From: Camelus dromedarius
Lineage: Eukaryota
NCBI RefSeq assembly: GCF_036321535.1
Contig: NC_087436.1
Span: forward strand, 69,132,001-69,196,000
DNA: 64,000 nt
Direction of reading: 5' to 3'
Shown here: piece by piece, positions 1-14,428 of the stretch
Layout: each line of letters begins with the position of its first letter
How positions within the stretch are numbered: the first letter of the stretch is position 1
Translations under genes and position numbers: made by a program
Notes under the pieces: model-generated
What the model was told of the DNA's origin: nothing
Seen by the model: the letters and a program-made list of their open reading frames with translations, nothing else
Database searches by the model: none

Positions 1-2694
1 ATTAGCTCAAGGTCAGACTTCTTTAATAACTGACTAGTTATGTGATATTTGTTATTGATGTCCAAAGGTAAGAGTTTCTCAGTTTAAATTGTATATGTAC
101 GCACTCACAGGTGCATATAAATATGTACACACAATTATATACACATACACACACACACATATTTACATACTGTAGCTGCCAATGTATGGTAAGTCCTTAG
201 GGTTAGATTGACTTATACTTTAGTTAGGGCTTTATAAAGCATGGAGTATATATTTGATATTCCAGTATATTTGTTTTACCCATAATAGAAGTAAGACAAA
301 AGATTTTAAATGCTCTCCTTAGACTTCACTTGTACGCTTTTTGGAAGACCTAAATTTGTATGGGGTGGGAAATCCAAGTCTCTGCACTTCATATAGAGGA
401 ATGACAGTTTTGAATGACAAAAAGTAACTGAAAGACTGGTCTAACGTAAAGCACAACAGAAGGGGAGGTTCCAGGAAATCTTGCTCCATTGCCAAACCCC
501 ACTGAAACTGTATTAAGTGAATTAAAATTAAAAGTATAATGTACTTTGGTGCCTTGTGTTGGAAAACAAAATGCATTGTATATTTAACTGCCCAGTGTTT
601 TTGTTTTTTTTTTTTCCTTTAAATATTTCAGGTCTTAGTCTGATGCTGGATCCTGGAATAAATTGTACTTTGTGTCTCCTGACACTGAAGCTTCCAGGGT
701 CAAGAAAATGAACTGTGTCTCAGATAAAGGTTAATTTTCTACGCTGATAATCCCTGGAGTTAAATAAGGTTTGTGGCCTTTCTGGGCCAAGAATTTCAAC
801 AGTAAGATGTAATTCTGGTATAGTAAAGAGAGCACTGAATTTGGAATCAGAGCTGTGAGATTTTAGTCAAGTTATTTTAATTCTTTGGGCTTCATTTTGG
901 AATACTTGTTCCATACATAACCTTCTAAAGGTTAAACTGCTTTGAAAGCTAGTTAGGTTTTAAAGTTCCCATGTTTATCTTGTCCAGACCAAAATCTCCC
1001 AATCAAGCAAAAAGACACGCCCTGTTAATTCTAACACAGTTTTGAAAAGGTTCTAAAAACAGTGACTTATTTCCTTGTTTTGCTTCCTATACGTGTGAAT
1101 CTGTACCTTTATCCTAAAATTCAGTTTGCTAATTATAGTTTGTGACAATAACTAAGATTGTGTTCCTTTGCACCAGTAATGATGATCAAGTCCATAGAAG
1201 CACATCATATATTGTGAAAGCGAAATATTCACAGATGATTGCATTTCCATAGAGGAGTCAAGCTAGCAGCAGTCTGCTTTGTTTTGTTTTTAATTAAGGC
1301 AGCATTTGGAAGTCAGAAAATTCCAAATTAAAATCTGAATTTGGGAATCCTCTTGAAAATTTGTAAGATCTGACATCATGGTGCTTACATTCTGTCAAGG
1401 CAGTTAATCTACTGGAGTTAAGTAGGCTTGTCTCTTTTAGCGTTCCTACTCTTTTACAAAGTATTGTATATATACTAAAACTGTAGTTTGGTGTCCCTGT
1501 GCCTCAGTGTCTTGAACCTTAAGTTTATTTGCATTTATTTAATATCAGTGTTGTTTAAGAGTTGTAGGTTTATATGCATTCTAGGGTCAGGCAGATAAAG
1601 TACTCATTTAATACAGTATGTAAATTTTGAGTATTAGGTTATAAGGAATAAAAGAGTAAACATGGTCTGTGTTCAGGCAGTATTAGTAAATACTTTGATT
1701 TATGGGGCATAAACCCAGATTGTCTCATGCACAACCTTGACATAAGTTACCTTCACGGTGTCTTAGCAGGAGACTGTCAGGACTGCTCCAGCTCATTTCT
1801 AGATGAGAGTCTGGGCCACTAATGATGAAACTGTCTTTTTTAGAAAATATAGGGTCTGGATTTTTATATTAAATCCCTGGAGTTTTCAAAAACAAAGCAT
1901 CCAAGAACTAGATTCATCTACAGGTTGTTAGTATATAATTTTGTATGGATTTGAATTTTAGCTTTAAGTGGAAATGCTGTTTATTTTGTTTCATTTGAGT
2001 TAATTTGCACTGATGTAAAAAAACTCATTTGTCGTGGTGTCTAAAATACAATTTTTAGGGTTTTAAAATGCTTTTTTAAAAAGACTATGTAGTTCTTTAT
2101 ATAGACTTCTCAAAAAATATGAAGTGCTTTAACTCAGAAATAACTGCTTTTGAGTCATTTTTATACTATATAAATTGTGTTCATAGAATTCTTCTTAACT
2201 GGTGTTTGCTAACCTTTGTTCATTTTATTACCAGTATTCTTAAGGTGCTGCTGTCAAACAACTGTGAAGTATTTAAATATATCTACATCATTATACAGAA
2301 TAATAATGTTACATTTCAGGGTAACGAAAATGATTTAAAACATTAAAGTAGCTTAAAGTCACTGTAGAGAACCAATGGGTGTTACTTTAATTATTAGAGA
2401 TAATTATTTCTTTCCGAAAAGGTTATGCCAGTTATGTTTAGTCTTTAATAATAGTAGCTTTGAGACTACCAAAATAATCTTCCCTTTCTTTATAACTAAT
2501 TGATTTGAAATTGAAAAAGTGAATTAAAATATATACAGAGTGTACTTTTTCTAGCCAATGAAAGAAGTGGAAGCAGCTTTTTAGCTTTATAACGCAATAC
2601 TATGAGCTCTTTTTAAACCAAATTTTGATGTTTAAAAACACTCCATACATTTATTATTAAAATCATTAAGGTTAAACCAAAACTAAGCAGACGG

Positions 2695-3175
2695 TGGTAG
2701 TTTTGAAAATGTCTGCCAAGTTATTTGACTTTTCTCCCAATAATAGGTGAAGTCCATCCATGGCTCCTCTCTTTGAACCTTAGTAGACTTTTGTGATTGT
2801 CTCTGAATAAAATACTATGGCAGTGTTGTTGAGCTTCTGCCTGGCCCTTTCTTTTTTGAACTGTACATCTTTAGAGCCCTAAACCATGTAAGAGGTCAGC
2901 CTACCCTGAAGCTGCCTTGGTGGAGAGGCAAGTGACCCTGGAAAGGAATGCCCTTGGAGCCCCAGGTTTTTTGAGTCTTCCCAGCCAAGGCTCCAGCCAG
3001 ACTTGTGAATAAGCAAGCCTTCAGATGATTCTAGCTGGCCCTCACTGCAGCCACATGAGAGACCCTAGTTAAGCCTCAGAACCATAAGCAGTAATAATAA
3101 CTCATTGTATTGTTTTAGGTCATCGTCAAGTTTTGGAGTAACATATAAGATTTACATCAATAGATAATCAGAACA
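2695..3175 (+). mobile_element. MaLR (MLT1-like) solo LTR
   Basis: Motifs cagccacatgagagacccta and 3' end ttgttttag...ttttggagt...aatagataatcagaaca resemble MLT1 consensus (recall). Confidence 0.65.
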
Positions 3176-3564
3176 TTTATATATTTGTCTTACTAAGAGG
3201 ATTTTGTTTTATGTTCTGGACCAGTTTTTGTGTGTCATATACCCTAGTCATTAGCAAGGTTTGTGGCAGACAGCGTTCATTAGAATCTGATAGTGACTGG
3301 AAAGGCTTATCAGAGGATTTAGAAAACTACCTCCTTTCCCCCCTTCCCCAAACACTGATCTTTTTGTTTTAAATGCCTTTTCCCAGAGGTGAAGAAACTG
3401 AAGCTCAGACTGAGACTTTCCCAAGGATACCTGGCTCTTAAATGATGAGCTGGATTTTCTTACTTACAAATACAAACGTCTTTCTCCTGTGTATTATATT
3501 TCGGCAAATGCATGAGTGGTTTCAGTGGTGGAGGAAAGTAACTTAAAGTATGATATTTTATATC

Positions 3565-3742
3565 ACAGGTTGGCAAATTGTAGATAATATTTTAGGCTTT
3601 GTGGGCCACATAAGGTCTTTGTAATATATTTTTTTGTTCTTTTTTTAAAAATACAACCTTAAAAATGCTGAAACCATTCTTATCTTGTCAGTCAAAAATA
3701 GGCCATGGGCTGGATTTGTCCTGCAGGTCTTAGCTTGCCAGT
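3565..3742. mobile_element. MER58-like hAT DNA transposon
   Basis: Ends ggttggcaa...ttgccagt form imperfect inverted repeats; internal attttaggctttgtgggcca and gggctggatttg. Confidence 0.7.
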
Positions 3743-5739
3743 GTTGAGATAAAACTACAGTTAGGTTATTGATGTCATGGACTGTAATATGGATAAAAAT
3801 GTGTAGACCATTAAGTGAGGATGCTATTGTTCATCTTAAAGTAAATTTAAGATGCTATGATATTAATACAGAGCTTTCTGGTGCACTAATTTGAAATTAC
3901 TAGTGTACTAACTTGAAATTAATCAAGATTTTTCAGTGATACTCTGCAGTTTGGTTGTTCTCTTATACTTTGTTTAAAGGTGCTTTTAATGTTCCTCATC
4001 TAATTCAACCCTGAGTTTACAAAGCCTGAACTGTAGACAAGTGAATTTGCTCAACTCGAACTTCTGAGCTTGTATTTCTTTATCCGCAAAGTATTAGATC
4101 TAAAACATACTTTATGTATGTCATGTATGACGTGTGAGAGTGATAAAATGTTAGAAAACTAAGAATTGGTTAATATTTTAAAAATTTGTAGATGCTTTCT
4201 AAAACTGCAGCCAGTCTTTGAATTTGATACAATTATTTGTTAAAGCTTTTTAAGACAATAATACCCTTTTTGTAGGGAAATCATGATTTAGACATGCCTG
4301 AAATTTAAATGGAGTTAATTAACCTGCACAGTTCTTTCATTCTATAATAGATTTAGCACATATTAAAGTGTATAATTTCATGTGAATGTTCAAGCTTTTG
4401 GGTGGATATTTCTAATTAAGAACTAGTGATTTCATGAAAAGATTTTTATAGCACTATTTACTTAGTTGCCTGTTTTCCTGTGATAGTTTTAGTATTTTTC
4501 TTTTGGTTCTACAAATACATTTGATTTTTCAAAATCTGTTGGGCCCCCTTTTTACTGGCTAGAAAGCTTTGACCCAAGAATCATTAAGTATTTGAAAAAC
4601 TTGGATTTTTAAAAATCAAATTACATGTTTTTGAATTTTTATTTACAATCTATCCTTTAAAAATTGTTTGCTACCATTCAGATCTTGAGGGAATTTCTTC
4701 CATAAAAACATGAACGCAGAGGATGAGAGAAGCCTTTTTGTTTGACATATCTTGATTTTCAGTAACATTTAAAAAAATAAATGAACACAAATGAAAACAG
4801 TCCGTATAGTATACGTTCATTTTAGAAAAATAGTGTAGATAAGCGTTCTTAACCACCCAAAGATACCAGTTACTATGCTATTCCAGGCATGTGTAATTTT
4901 CACGTGTTCTTCTTAAACAGCAACTGTGACTATAAGTACAGAGGAATATGTGCATTGTTACCTTTTCTGTATCCGTGTAATCTTGCTTTCCTCCTTATCA
5001 ATGCCTACATTAACTTTTTTAGTTCTCTTCAGTCACTGATTTCTATCCCTCTTTGGAGAAATTTGAATCCCCTGTAACCTGTTTATAGACCTCAGGTTAA
5101 CAGCCCTTGCTGTACTTTGAGTGGGCTTTGCCTTTTGGCTGAAGTCATAAATATAATTGTCCTATCTCAACAATTTTTATAATTTTATAACCCTCTTTGC
5201 ATCACCTTAAATTTGCAGAGGTTTTTTTTTATACCGAAATATTTAGTGTTCAAAGCATTTACCATTAGCTTTAGTGCCTTATTTTTTTAAAAAAATCAGT
5301 TTAAAGTAGTAAATAAATATTTGCATGTATTTCTAAGACTTATTTTGTCCTGTTGGATGAGGGTGGGGATGGGGATAGGGTGATAAAACTTGAATTCTAA
5401 GTTTTCATGATTATTGAATATCAGTTGTTGTCAGTAGTTCCCTTGTCTGAACAAGTTGCATTTAATATAGTCCATACCAGCAGCCTCAAATGTTTTTGGT
5501 TGTGTAGCACATCAGTAATTTTCTTTTAACTTGCTTTGACATTATTTCAGACAAACAGGATAGCTATAAGATTAGTACAAAGAATTCTTTTGCTTTTCAA
5601 CCACATTCCACAAATGTTAACATTTTACCACATTTATCTTTCTCTCTAACTCATTCTCTTTCGCTTTTTCTATTTCTCTCTCTCTTTCTCTGTATATATG
5701 TGTGGATGTATGCATGCAGACACATTTTTTTTCCTGAAT

Positions 5740-6245
5740 GCTTTTGTCGGTTGCAGGCATGATGCTTCTTTGCCCCCAAATCCTTAAATGTTTCCTAAAA
5801 AGTAGGATTCTCTTTTACTTAACTATATAGTACTATCAAAATTAGAAAATTAACATTGATAACTTGTAATCTACAGACCTTATTTAGATTTTACTAGTTT
5901 TTCCAGTTAATGTCTTAGATCATATACAGTAAGTATTCAGTTATTGTATCTTTTAGTCTTCTTTAATCTGAAGTATTTCCTTAGTGTTTGTATTTCATGT
6001 CATTGATATTTTTGGATGCCCCTTAATTTGGGTTTGTTTAATATTTGTTTCCTCATGTGTAGGTTCAGATTTTGCGTATTTCATAGGAATCTATTACAGA
6101 ATTGTTCTATTCATAGTGCATCATACCAGAGGGTCCAGGATGTTGATTTGACCACTACTGGTGATATGAACTTTCATTAGTTGGTTAAGCTGGAGTCTGC
6201 CAAGTTTCTCCACTGTAAATTGGTAATCAATAAGTATTTTGCTGG
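5740..6245 (-). mobile_element. Old L1 (L1MC-like) 3' fragment
   Basis: Degenerate L1MC 3' UTR motifs (ttggttaag...tctgccaagtttctccactgtaaa); related to 43070-43410. Confidence 0.55.
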
Positions 6246-6634
6246 AGGTACACAATCTTTGATAAATGTATGTTTATTTAAAAGTTATACTATGCACATG
6301 TATTTTTATGCTAGTTTATTGTGCATATTTTAAAACAGCTATAAAAGTTAGAAATTAAAGGGTGAGATACACATACAGAAGTTCTTACATTTTCTTTTTT
6401 GTACCCCAGTATATCTTTTTGTATCCTATGGGGTATATACTCCTCCTGGCTTTGTGAATCAGAGCTCTATCACATCCTTTATTTTGTATGGTTTTACAGG
6501 AATTATTCTTGTGTCTTGAAATAAAAGCTCCTTGATGGTTATGTCCTTATACTTCTTTAGCCTCAACATAGTAAGTACTCAGAAATAAATGTTTAATGAT
6601 AATGATTTTTCCCTATTTTTAATTTTGTTTTCAG

Positions 6635-6736
6635 ATGGAGAACTTAATGTTCTAGATGATATTTTGACTGAAGTACCAGAACAGGATGATGAACTGTATA
6701 ATCCAGAGAGTGAACAAGATAAAAATGAGAAAAAGG
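6635..6736 (+). CDS. YTHDC1: YTHDC1 exon 2 (102 bp)
   Basis: tttcag|ATGGAG...AAAAGG|gtatga; encodes (D)[33 protein letters not shown]. Confidence 0.96.
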
Positions 6737-7096
6737 GTATGAAGGATTTCTATTATTTTTTTTAAAATGCCAGTATAAATAGAGATTTAATTTCTTAAGA
6801 AAGAGTCTTCACTTTTGCACTTGTTCCTTAAGACTCTTAACACCAAAAGCACAATCATAACAAGCAGTGGGACCCAATTCCACATGAATAAGAGTAATAT
6901 GTTTTTTTCAAACATTTGCATGGGGTTTATTCCAGTATTTGAAAGCTGTTTTTCTTTATGATTAACTTTGGAGTAAACGTATTTGAGAAGACATGAAAGA
7001 GAAGAGGCTTTTTTCTCTCTGATATATTTACCTGTTAATCTTGGGTGAAATAAATCAAATACTCAGACTCTTTTTTTTTTTCTTTGTATTTTTAAG

Positions 7097-7425
7097 GATC
7101 AAAAAGAAAAAGTGATCGAATGGAATCCTCTGACACAAAGAGACAGAAGCCTTCTGTTCATTCAAGACAATTAATTTCTAAGCCCCTGAGCTCATCAGTT
7201 AGCAATAACAAAAGAATGGTTAGTACAAAGGGAAAGTCGGTTACAGAGTATAAAAATGAAGAATATCAAAGAGCTGAAAGAAACAAGCGTCTGGAAGCTG
7301 ATCGGAAGATTCGTTTGTCAAGCAGTGCCTCTAGAGAACCTTATAAGAGTCAACCTGAAAAAACTTGTCTGCGGAAAAGGGATCCTGAAAGGAGGATCAA
7401 ATCCCCTACGCCAGATGGTTCTGAG
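7097..7425 (+). CDS. YTHDC1: YTHDC1 exon 3 (329 bp)
   Basis: tttaag|GATCA...TCTGAG|gtagta; [18 protein letters not shown]...SPTPDGSE; overlaps ORF 7120..7497. Confidence 0.96.
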
Positions 7426-7544
7426 GTAGTAAATATTATTGCAAATATAAAACAGAAAGCAATTCTTTTTGAGGCTAGAACTATTTATTCACTCTGACCT
7501 TGTCTGTTACATGACTCCTGATTCCCTTTTTCTTTAAACATCAG

Positions 7545-7980
7545 AGAATTGGGCTTGAAGTGGATAGACGTGCAAGCAGATCCAGCCAGTCTTCTAAGGA
7601 AGAGGTGAACTCTGAAGAATATGGCTCCGACCATGAGACTGGCAGCAGTGGTTCTTCTGATGAGCAAGGCAACAACACTGAGAATGAGGAGGAAGGGGTG
7701 GAAGATGTGGAGGAAGATGAAGAGGTAGAAGAAGATGCAGAGGAAGATGAAGAGGTGGATGAAGATGGAGAGGAAGAGGAGGAAGAAGAAGAGGAGGAGG
7801 AGGAGGAAGAGGAGGAAGAGGAAGAAGAGGAAGAGGAAGAAGAGTATGAACAGGATGAGAGAGACCAGAAGGAAGAGGGAAATGATTATGACACTCGAAG
7901 TGAGGCTAGTGACTCTGATTCTGAATCTGTTTCCTTCACGGATGGATCTGTCAGATCTGGTTCAGGCACAGATGGATCAG
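7545..7980 (+). CDS. YTHDC1: YTHDC1 exon 4 (436 bp), Glu-rich
   Basis: catcag|AGAATT...GGATCAG|gtacta; [11 protein letters not shown]...poly-E...GSGTDGS; overlaps ORF 7560..8000. Confidence 0.96.
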
Positions 7981-10900
7981 GTACTAGTTTTTATCTGTAA
8001 AGTTTTGTCTTTTTTTTTTTTTTAATTGACATGATTAGCTTTATTCTTAAACCTGTTTAAGTTAAATTATAAAATTTTTGAGGTGCTGGGGGATGTTAAT
8101 AAGACTGGGATGTTAATAAGACTGCCTAGTGATTTTTTGGTATAGCATGCTTTTATGTATTATACATGCATTTGAGTAAGATTTACATATCTTAGTAAAG
8201 GTATTTCCTGGCTACAAATTGATTAATTGTAAATGTACACTAGTCTGTTTCTCTATAAGGAGATGTATGTGAGGTTTTAATGTTATAAATTCTTAGATTT
8301 CTGTACTAAACAACAGCTTATTTAAACACTACAGTACTTGAAGTATATTCACGTGGAACCTGTCTGCTAGATATTTACAGTATTTTCACGTTAAGTGCTT
8401 CTACATTTCTATCATGTGGCAACAAATCAAAACAACTTAACTTTCTTTTTCTTTTGGGAGCACAACAGACTTTTCTTTCAGTTCTATACCTGTGGGTTGA
8501 CTGACTGGGGCAGGATTACCAAAAGGCTGGGTATAAAGGTACAAGATGGAAAATAAGAGTAAAATTCTTGTGAAGAGATGGGGTAAGAGCCATCTTGAGT
8601 AATTCCTTCAGTACTACATGCCCTCCCACTGTATCTGACCCTTGGGACTTGAATGTAGAAGTGGGAGGTAGTGGCAGTCACTAGCCTGAGGGGACCCTCT
8701 TTTGGGGGAAAGTTCAGAGGGTAGAGCAAGGAGAGATCAGGGTACTTAAAGACCCCTGGCCACTATGTGATGATGACACTCTCATGGCTGTCTTATGTGA
8801 AGATACAGCTAGGTCTGCTTTATAGGCAAGATGTACTAAACATTAGAAAAATCCTATTTAGATATATATGATAGTTACAATTTTATTATTATAGAATGTT
8901 GTTATCTTAGTAATACATTGTTAGTAAATCATATTCTTGATAATAGTGTAAATGATAGAGCAAATGGCCAAGTATTTTCTAATTGGCAGCTGAAGTGCTT
9001 CCACCCTTGTACTCAGTAGAGTTCTAGGTTTGGGAGTTTAGATGGGTTTTTGAAGGAGGTTAGAGTTAAACTGAATGGATGAGTAGTTGCATTTGATATT
9101 TAAAAAAAAAACTTGTGGAAAACTTTTATTTTACTCTGATTCTGTCATACTTTTTGCAAACTGATGGGATATACATTTTATAATTTATGATAATGGAGAG
9201 AGAACAAAAATTGCATTGGCAATATGAATGAATGTTCATTTATGTGGAGAATGTGAAACACCTGTAAGAGTTTATTTTAGGAGTCTTCTTTTTGATGTCC
9301 ACGTTAGGAACAATATTTCTTAGAATTTATGTATCTTGTTTTAAGTCAAATAAGGTAGAATTATATGAATAGGACCTGAAATAATCTGTATTTTTAATAA
9401 GTTCCTAGATGCTGATATTTCACAAGGTACTGATTAATACTTTATATATCTGTGGATAAAATATTTCAGATTGAATGATAGGCAATAGTTTTACAAAACC
9501 TTGATACTAAAACTGTTAGATTTGTTGTTTTAAAAGACATACCTAGAAGTCTTACTTTCCTTATTAAAGGGAAATATATGGCTTTTCCTTTGAAGAGCTC
9601 TTATGTGGAACATGTTTTAGAGACTGTATTCAGTATGCAGGACATTTTAATTTTTATCGTGGAGTAGTTTCTCTTTATAATAATGTGCGAAAGAAAAATG
9701 GGGTGGATTTGGAATGCTTTGATTAGGAAATGTCCATTTTTAAATACAAGGGATCACAGTTTAGTTTCTTTGTCATGAATTTCCTACATTCTAGTTTATT
9801 CTACCTTATTTTTTCTCAGAATTTCAGTACCGTCCTTACAAAAGTGATTTAGTAAAGGTTGTTAAAAGTTTGTTAGGTGACTTTCATTGTTTTTTTGACC
9901 TGAGAATAATTGTTGGGAGAGGGAAGAGCAGTGATTTATACAAAAAAAGTTATATAAAAAAGATGAAAAAATCCTTGGAGATTTTTTCATGATAATGCTG
10001 TATTTAACATTATATAAAAATAGTTGGGCAAGATCTTAACTTCTGCTTCTATCATTTTTCCTGTTCGATCTTAGTGAGACATCCTTTTAGTACTTAGAAA
10101 CATAACATATTATTTTTAAATAGCAACAAGAAATGTATTATCCTTTGTGATCAATTTATAAAGTTCATATTCCTAAATATTCATAGAGGAAAAATAAAAA
10201 AATGCTAGAATTTTTGGAAGAAATAATTAAAAATTTTTAAAAGTTTTATTTTTCTCATTTCTTTCATGTACATGTTATATTCATTGATTGAATGAATTCA
10301 GTTCCTACTGTATGCCAGGCGCTATGTAGGAATGTGTAGTCAGTGAACAAAACAGACATGGATGAGAAAGAAATTTGGGATTTGACAAAACCTGTTTCTC
10401 ATCTGTTTGGGTGAAGTTCTCAGTCATTTTATACTAAAAAGCTTCAGTGTATTCTCTTGAAGTCTTATAGTTTGCCCTGAGGGAAAAGATTTTAAAACTT
10501 GAAAGTCAGGTATCATTATTCAAAGCCAACAAGCCTGAAAATAAATGGTTTTCCCTACAGCTAGTTATTTGAATATTGTTATGTCCCCAAGGTTGCTAGC
10601 TTTAAATGGGCTTGGCTTTACAATTGTGCCGATATGTGTTGCTTAGCCCTTCTTTTCTGCCCTAAGTTAGGAAAATCAGTATTATTTACAAGCTTTTAAT
10701 ACTGTGTATTTGGAGAAGCAATTAATAATACATTACAAAGGGAAGGATACTTAAACTAAAATAAAAGGAACTTATCTCCTTGGAGTTTTCCATCTTTAAA
10801 CTAGTTTAGACATAGGATCCCCCTAGAATAGTAGTAAAATTTTTTTGTTTTCTCTTAATAAGACTAGAGCTCGTGGCTTGTACTTTCAAGTTAGAAACTA

Positions 10901-11836
10901 GATTCTGTCACCTAAGAACTGTGGAATTGATTATTCTTTTTCAACATTCACTTATTTTTATAAAAATAAGTATATGCATTTTCTCTTATCATATTCCTCC
11001 TTCTAGCTGAAAAGTAAAGGTGCTTATAGTGGTATAATTAAAATACCAATAAACAGAGACAGGAGAGCCTAATTCCTGTTTAGGCCCTTGTTTATGTGCT
11101 TATAAAATTCCAAATTAAGCCTGAAATGGTTCTTATGTGATGGGTAATGCAAACTTTTTCTATTTACTGAAGATTCCCAGCTTTTTTTAAGATATCTATA
11201 GACTATCATTGATTTTAGAGATAAATTTTAAACTGAATTTGAAAACAAACAATAATTGAGAAAGGAAGTGGTTAAGAAGAATGGAATTGAAGGTACAAAA
11301 ACAGTGACAACCAGAAGGGAATTACTAGTTTACTGTAGTGTAATTTTTTTCTTTTTTTAAACAGTTGAAAGGCTTGGGTTCTGGGGTTTATCAGACATCT
11401 AAGGGAGAATCACAGTTGGAATTGTGATGAAGAATGATAGAATACATCTTAAAAAGAGGACTTAAAACAGTGGTACCTGGTGCATAGAAGGGAGCACAGT
11501 AAATTTAATTAAAAGAAAAGTTGCGTTTGCTTTGCAGAATTTTTTTCCCCTTTTGAAAAACTTTATTCAAGACCACCTTTAGGTATAGGACAAGTACTTA
11601 ATTATGGCCATGCGTTTTTGTTTGATTAAAATTGGAGGGAGAAATAACAAAATGTCCTTAGTTTTTGAACAGTGTCTTCTGATTGGAAAACCTGAAAAAA
11701 TTTAAGTGTGAGAGATTAGTAATGACTAATACTTAGGGCTTATGCAAAATCCAGACACATAATAAAAACATTCTTATTGGATTACCTGTACCTGTATTGT
11801 AATGTTTTAAAAAATCTTGTTTGAATTCATTTTTAG

Positions 11837-11926
11837 ATGAGAAAAAGAAGGAAAGGAAGAGAGCTAGAGGCATATCTCCTATTGTTTTTGATAGGAGTGG
11901 AAGCTCTGCATCGGAGTCATATGCAG
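11837..11926 (+). CDS. YTHDC1: YTHDC1 exon 5 (90 bp)
   Basis: ttttag|ATGAG...TATGCAG|gtattc; [29 protein letters not shown]. Confidence 0.95.
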
Positions 11927-12387
11927 GTATTCTCAGTTTACTTTTACTTGTGACCATATCTGACCAATTCTGATGTAATCTGCTGTAAAAAGTGTGTGGA
12001 GGCTGTAGTTTAGTGTGAACTTGTTGATGTTCATTAGTATTGATTTCTGGCATGTTCAGTGTAATAATTCTAGAGGAAACTAAGCTTTTTCTTATTATTT
12101 TAATCCTGTTCTGTTATTGCTTAAGTGGAATTTCACTTTTTTTTTTCTTGGAAGATGATGATTCAGTGACTAGTTTTCTGAGTGAGAAACTGTTCAAATA
12201 TTTTTTTAAAAATCCAAACAACCCAAAAAGCAAAACACTCGTACACATTGAGAAGTATTTGTGTGTGTGGGTGCGCCAGAAAGAATAATTTGTCTTGAAT
12301 GAGAACTTTATGTGACAAGACTTAGAAATTTTGTCTTATTTCTATATTAAAGCTCAATCTGAACAAATGTACTTTGGCTAAATACAG

Positions 12388-12441
12388 GTTCAGAAAAGAA
12401 GCATGAGAAATTATCATCTTCCGTTCGTGCTGTCCGAAAAG
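12388..12441 (+). CDS. YTHDC1: YTHDC1 exon 6 (54 bp, frame-neutral cassette)
   Basis: atacag|GTTCAG...CGAAAAG|gtatca; (G)SEKKHEKLSSSVRAVRK; poor polypyrimidine tract. Confidence 0.93.
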
Positions 12442-13015
12442 GTATCATTTAAATTTGAAATTGTTTTCATTGCATGCTGCGTAAAGTCATTATTTTGCCT
12501 TATTGGTTCTCCATTAATAGTTGGTTTTAATGTAGTAATGTTCTGATATATTACATTAAGGGAAGAAAAATTAACGATGTAGTCTTACATAGAACTCCAT
12601 GTTCACTTCTTACTGCTTATCTTTTAGAATAATAGCAAACATTTTAGGATATCGTTAACAGTTTTTGGACACAGTGATGGTATATATATTTTTAATAGCA
12701 TAGTGGTCTGTTAGCAGTTTTTAAATGATTAATCTGATAAAAGAAATCTATAAAATTTATAGCCATTTTTGTATTTAAATTTGAATCTGATATATCAGAG
12801 CATCACTATATTAGGTTTACTTTCATGCAAAATGCTAATGTGTCCTCTTAGCTTTGCTTTATTATGTGTTGTGGCTTAGCTTTCTAGGTTGAATGGGTGA
12901 TTATGAATTTTGAAAGTTCAGCTGGGTTGTAGAGGGATAATTTCAGTTAGTACAGTTTACATCCCTCTGTTTGATAATGGCCTCTGGTTAATCAATTTGG
13001 ATTTCTTTTTTTCAG

Positions 13016-13110
13016 ATCAAACCAGTAAACTCAAATATGTCCTACAGGATGCAAGATTTTTCCTCATAAAGAGTAACAACCATGAGAATGTGTCCCTTGC
13101 CAAAGCTAAG
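13016..13110 (+). CDS. YTHDC1: YTHDC1 exon 7 (95 bp), start of YTH domain
   Basis: ttcag|ATCAA...GCTAAG|gtatta; [31 protein letters not shown]. Confidence 0.96.
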
Positions 13111-14428
13111 GTATTAGCATCAGTTCTGTTGAAACTATCCTAATCTTGAAATTTTTAAATGTGAGCTGGATTTGAGTGTCACTTGAGTGCATGAGATACT
13201 GTAATTTTTGTGAAAGCTTTAAAGATCCATAGCCCAGTTGCCATAATCCATAGCCCAGTCTGCTTTTGGAGGCAACATAGTAGTAATTTAAGTTTTTAAA
13301 TCTTTTAAAAGTTTAGGAGTAAATGTATTCAGTATTTGAAGAATGGATATAATTATACATTGTACTGCAAAAGATGTGTTTCTTTCAATTTTTGAGTTTT
13401 TGTATTCGGTTGCTAATTTATTATACTAATACTTTTTAAAGTTTCTTTAGTTAGCCAGTTTTTGTTTTATATTGATGCTGTTCTATGCCTTGAGATTTTT
13501 CTTGAAAAAAAATCATTCTTTAACAGAGAGTTTCTTTTACTTTTAAAAGTAAGGTCACTATTTTTTGTTTAATAGTTTCTAATGACTCTGAGAAAGTTAA
13601 AACTAAAGTTAAATATTTTTTAACCATATTTTTGTCACTTAATAATCCTATATTTCTAACTTAAGTTGAGGATTACCCATTAAATTTTACAGATGGAAGG
13701 AATAATACATCAGATAACTCTCTAGTGGAAGTTTATTCTGTTCTTTAACTAGTAGATTTAGGCAGAAGTAATTAATCACTTAGTGTGAATGAGATCTAGT
13801 TTGTATCAATGGGCTAAACTGAATTAGAGCTTCTGGCTTCTTTTACCATTCTATCTCTTAATCTTTAATGAACAAAGAATTGAATGCTCTGGAAATTAAT
13901 AATTATGTTCCAACTCTACATAAAACACAGGCCTCTTCAAACTATTGATACGTGAAAATTTGAACTTAAATAGGAAAAAAGAAATGCTAGTAACTTGACA
14001 GAAATCCTTCACTTATGGATTTACTAATATAATGATAATTATTTCGTTAGGCATAGTTTTTTAAGAAGAAAAATGTACACATTGTGATTCACCTTCAAAC
14101 AACATGCTTTTACCACAGTAAATGGTTCTGATATTAAAATAATTGTAGGTGATTGTTTTTATTACATGAAATTCTACGCCATATGATTTGCTCACCCCCC
14201 TGCCCAGTGTGGTTTACTAGTTGTTTTAGTGATTTGGTTAAGGTTGGTAATTTTCTCCATATTTTTTCTGAGTTTTTAATAGGTTATTCCATTATTTTGA
14301 CAGCTGGTAATTCATTATAATTTACTTAAATTTAATGTACCACAGTATTGGTAGCTTTGATCTTCTGCAAATATAATTGGAAACGTAAATGATCTGCACT
14401 GATTTCGGTCTGTGATGTTTGCATATAG

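Noticed and set aside
7735..8025. Arg/Lys-rich ORF resembling a protamine-like protein
   Set aside because: Shifted reading of the GAG/GAA poly-Glu codons of exon 4
8090..8123. 17-bp tandem duplication GGGATGTTAATAAGACT x2; similar short duplications near 13226 and 39152
   Set aside because: Ordinary local slippage; two copies only, no array or spacer structure
8484..8790. GC-richer intron 4 block with an 81-aa minus-strand ORF
   Set aside because: No recognisable domain or convincing splice-site pair; probably an old repeat fragment
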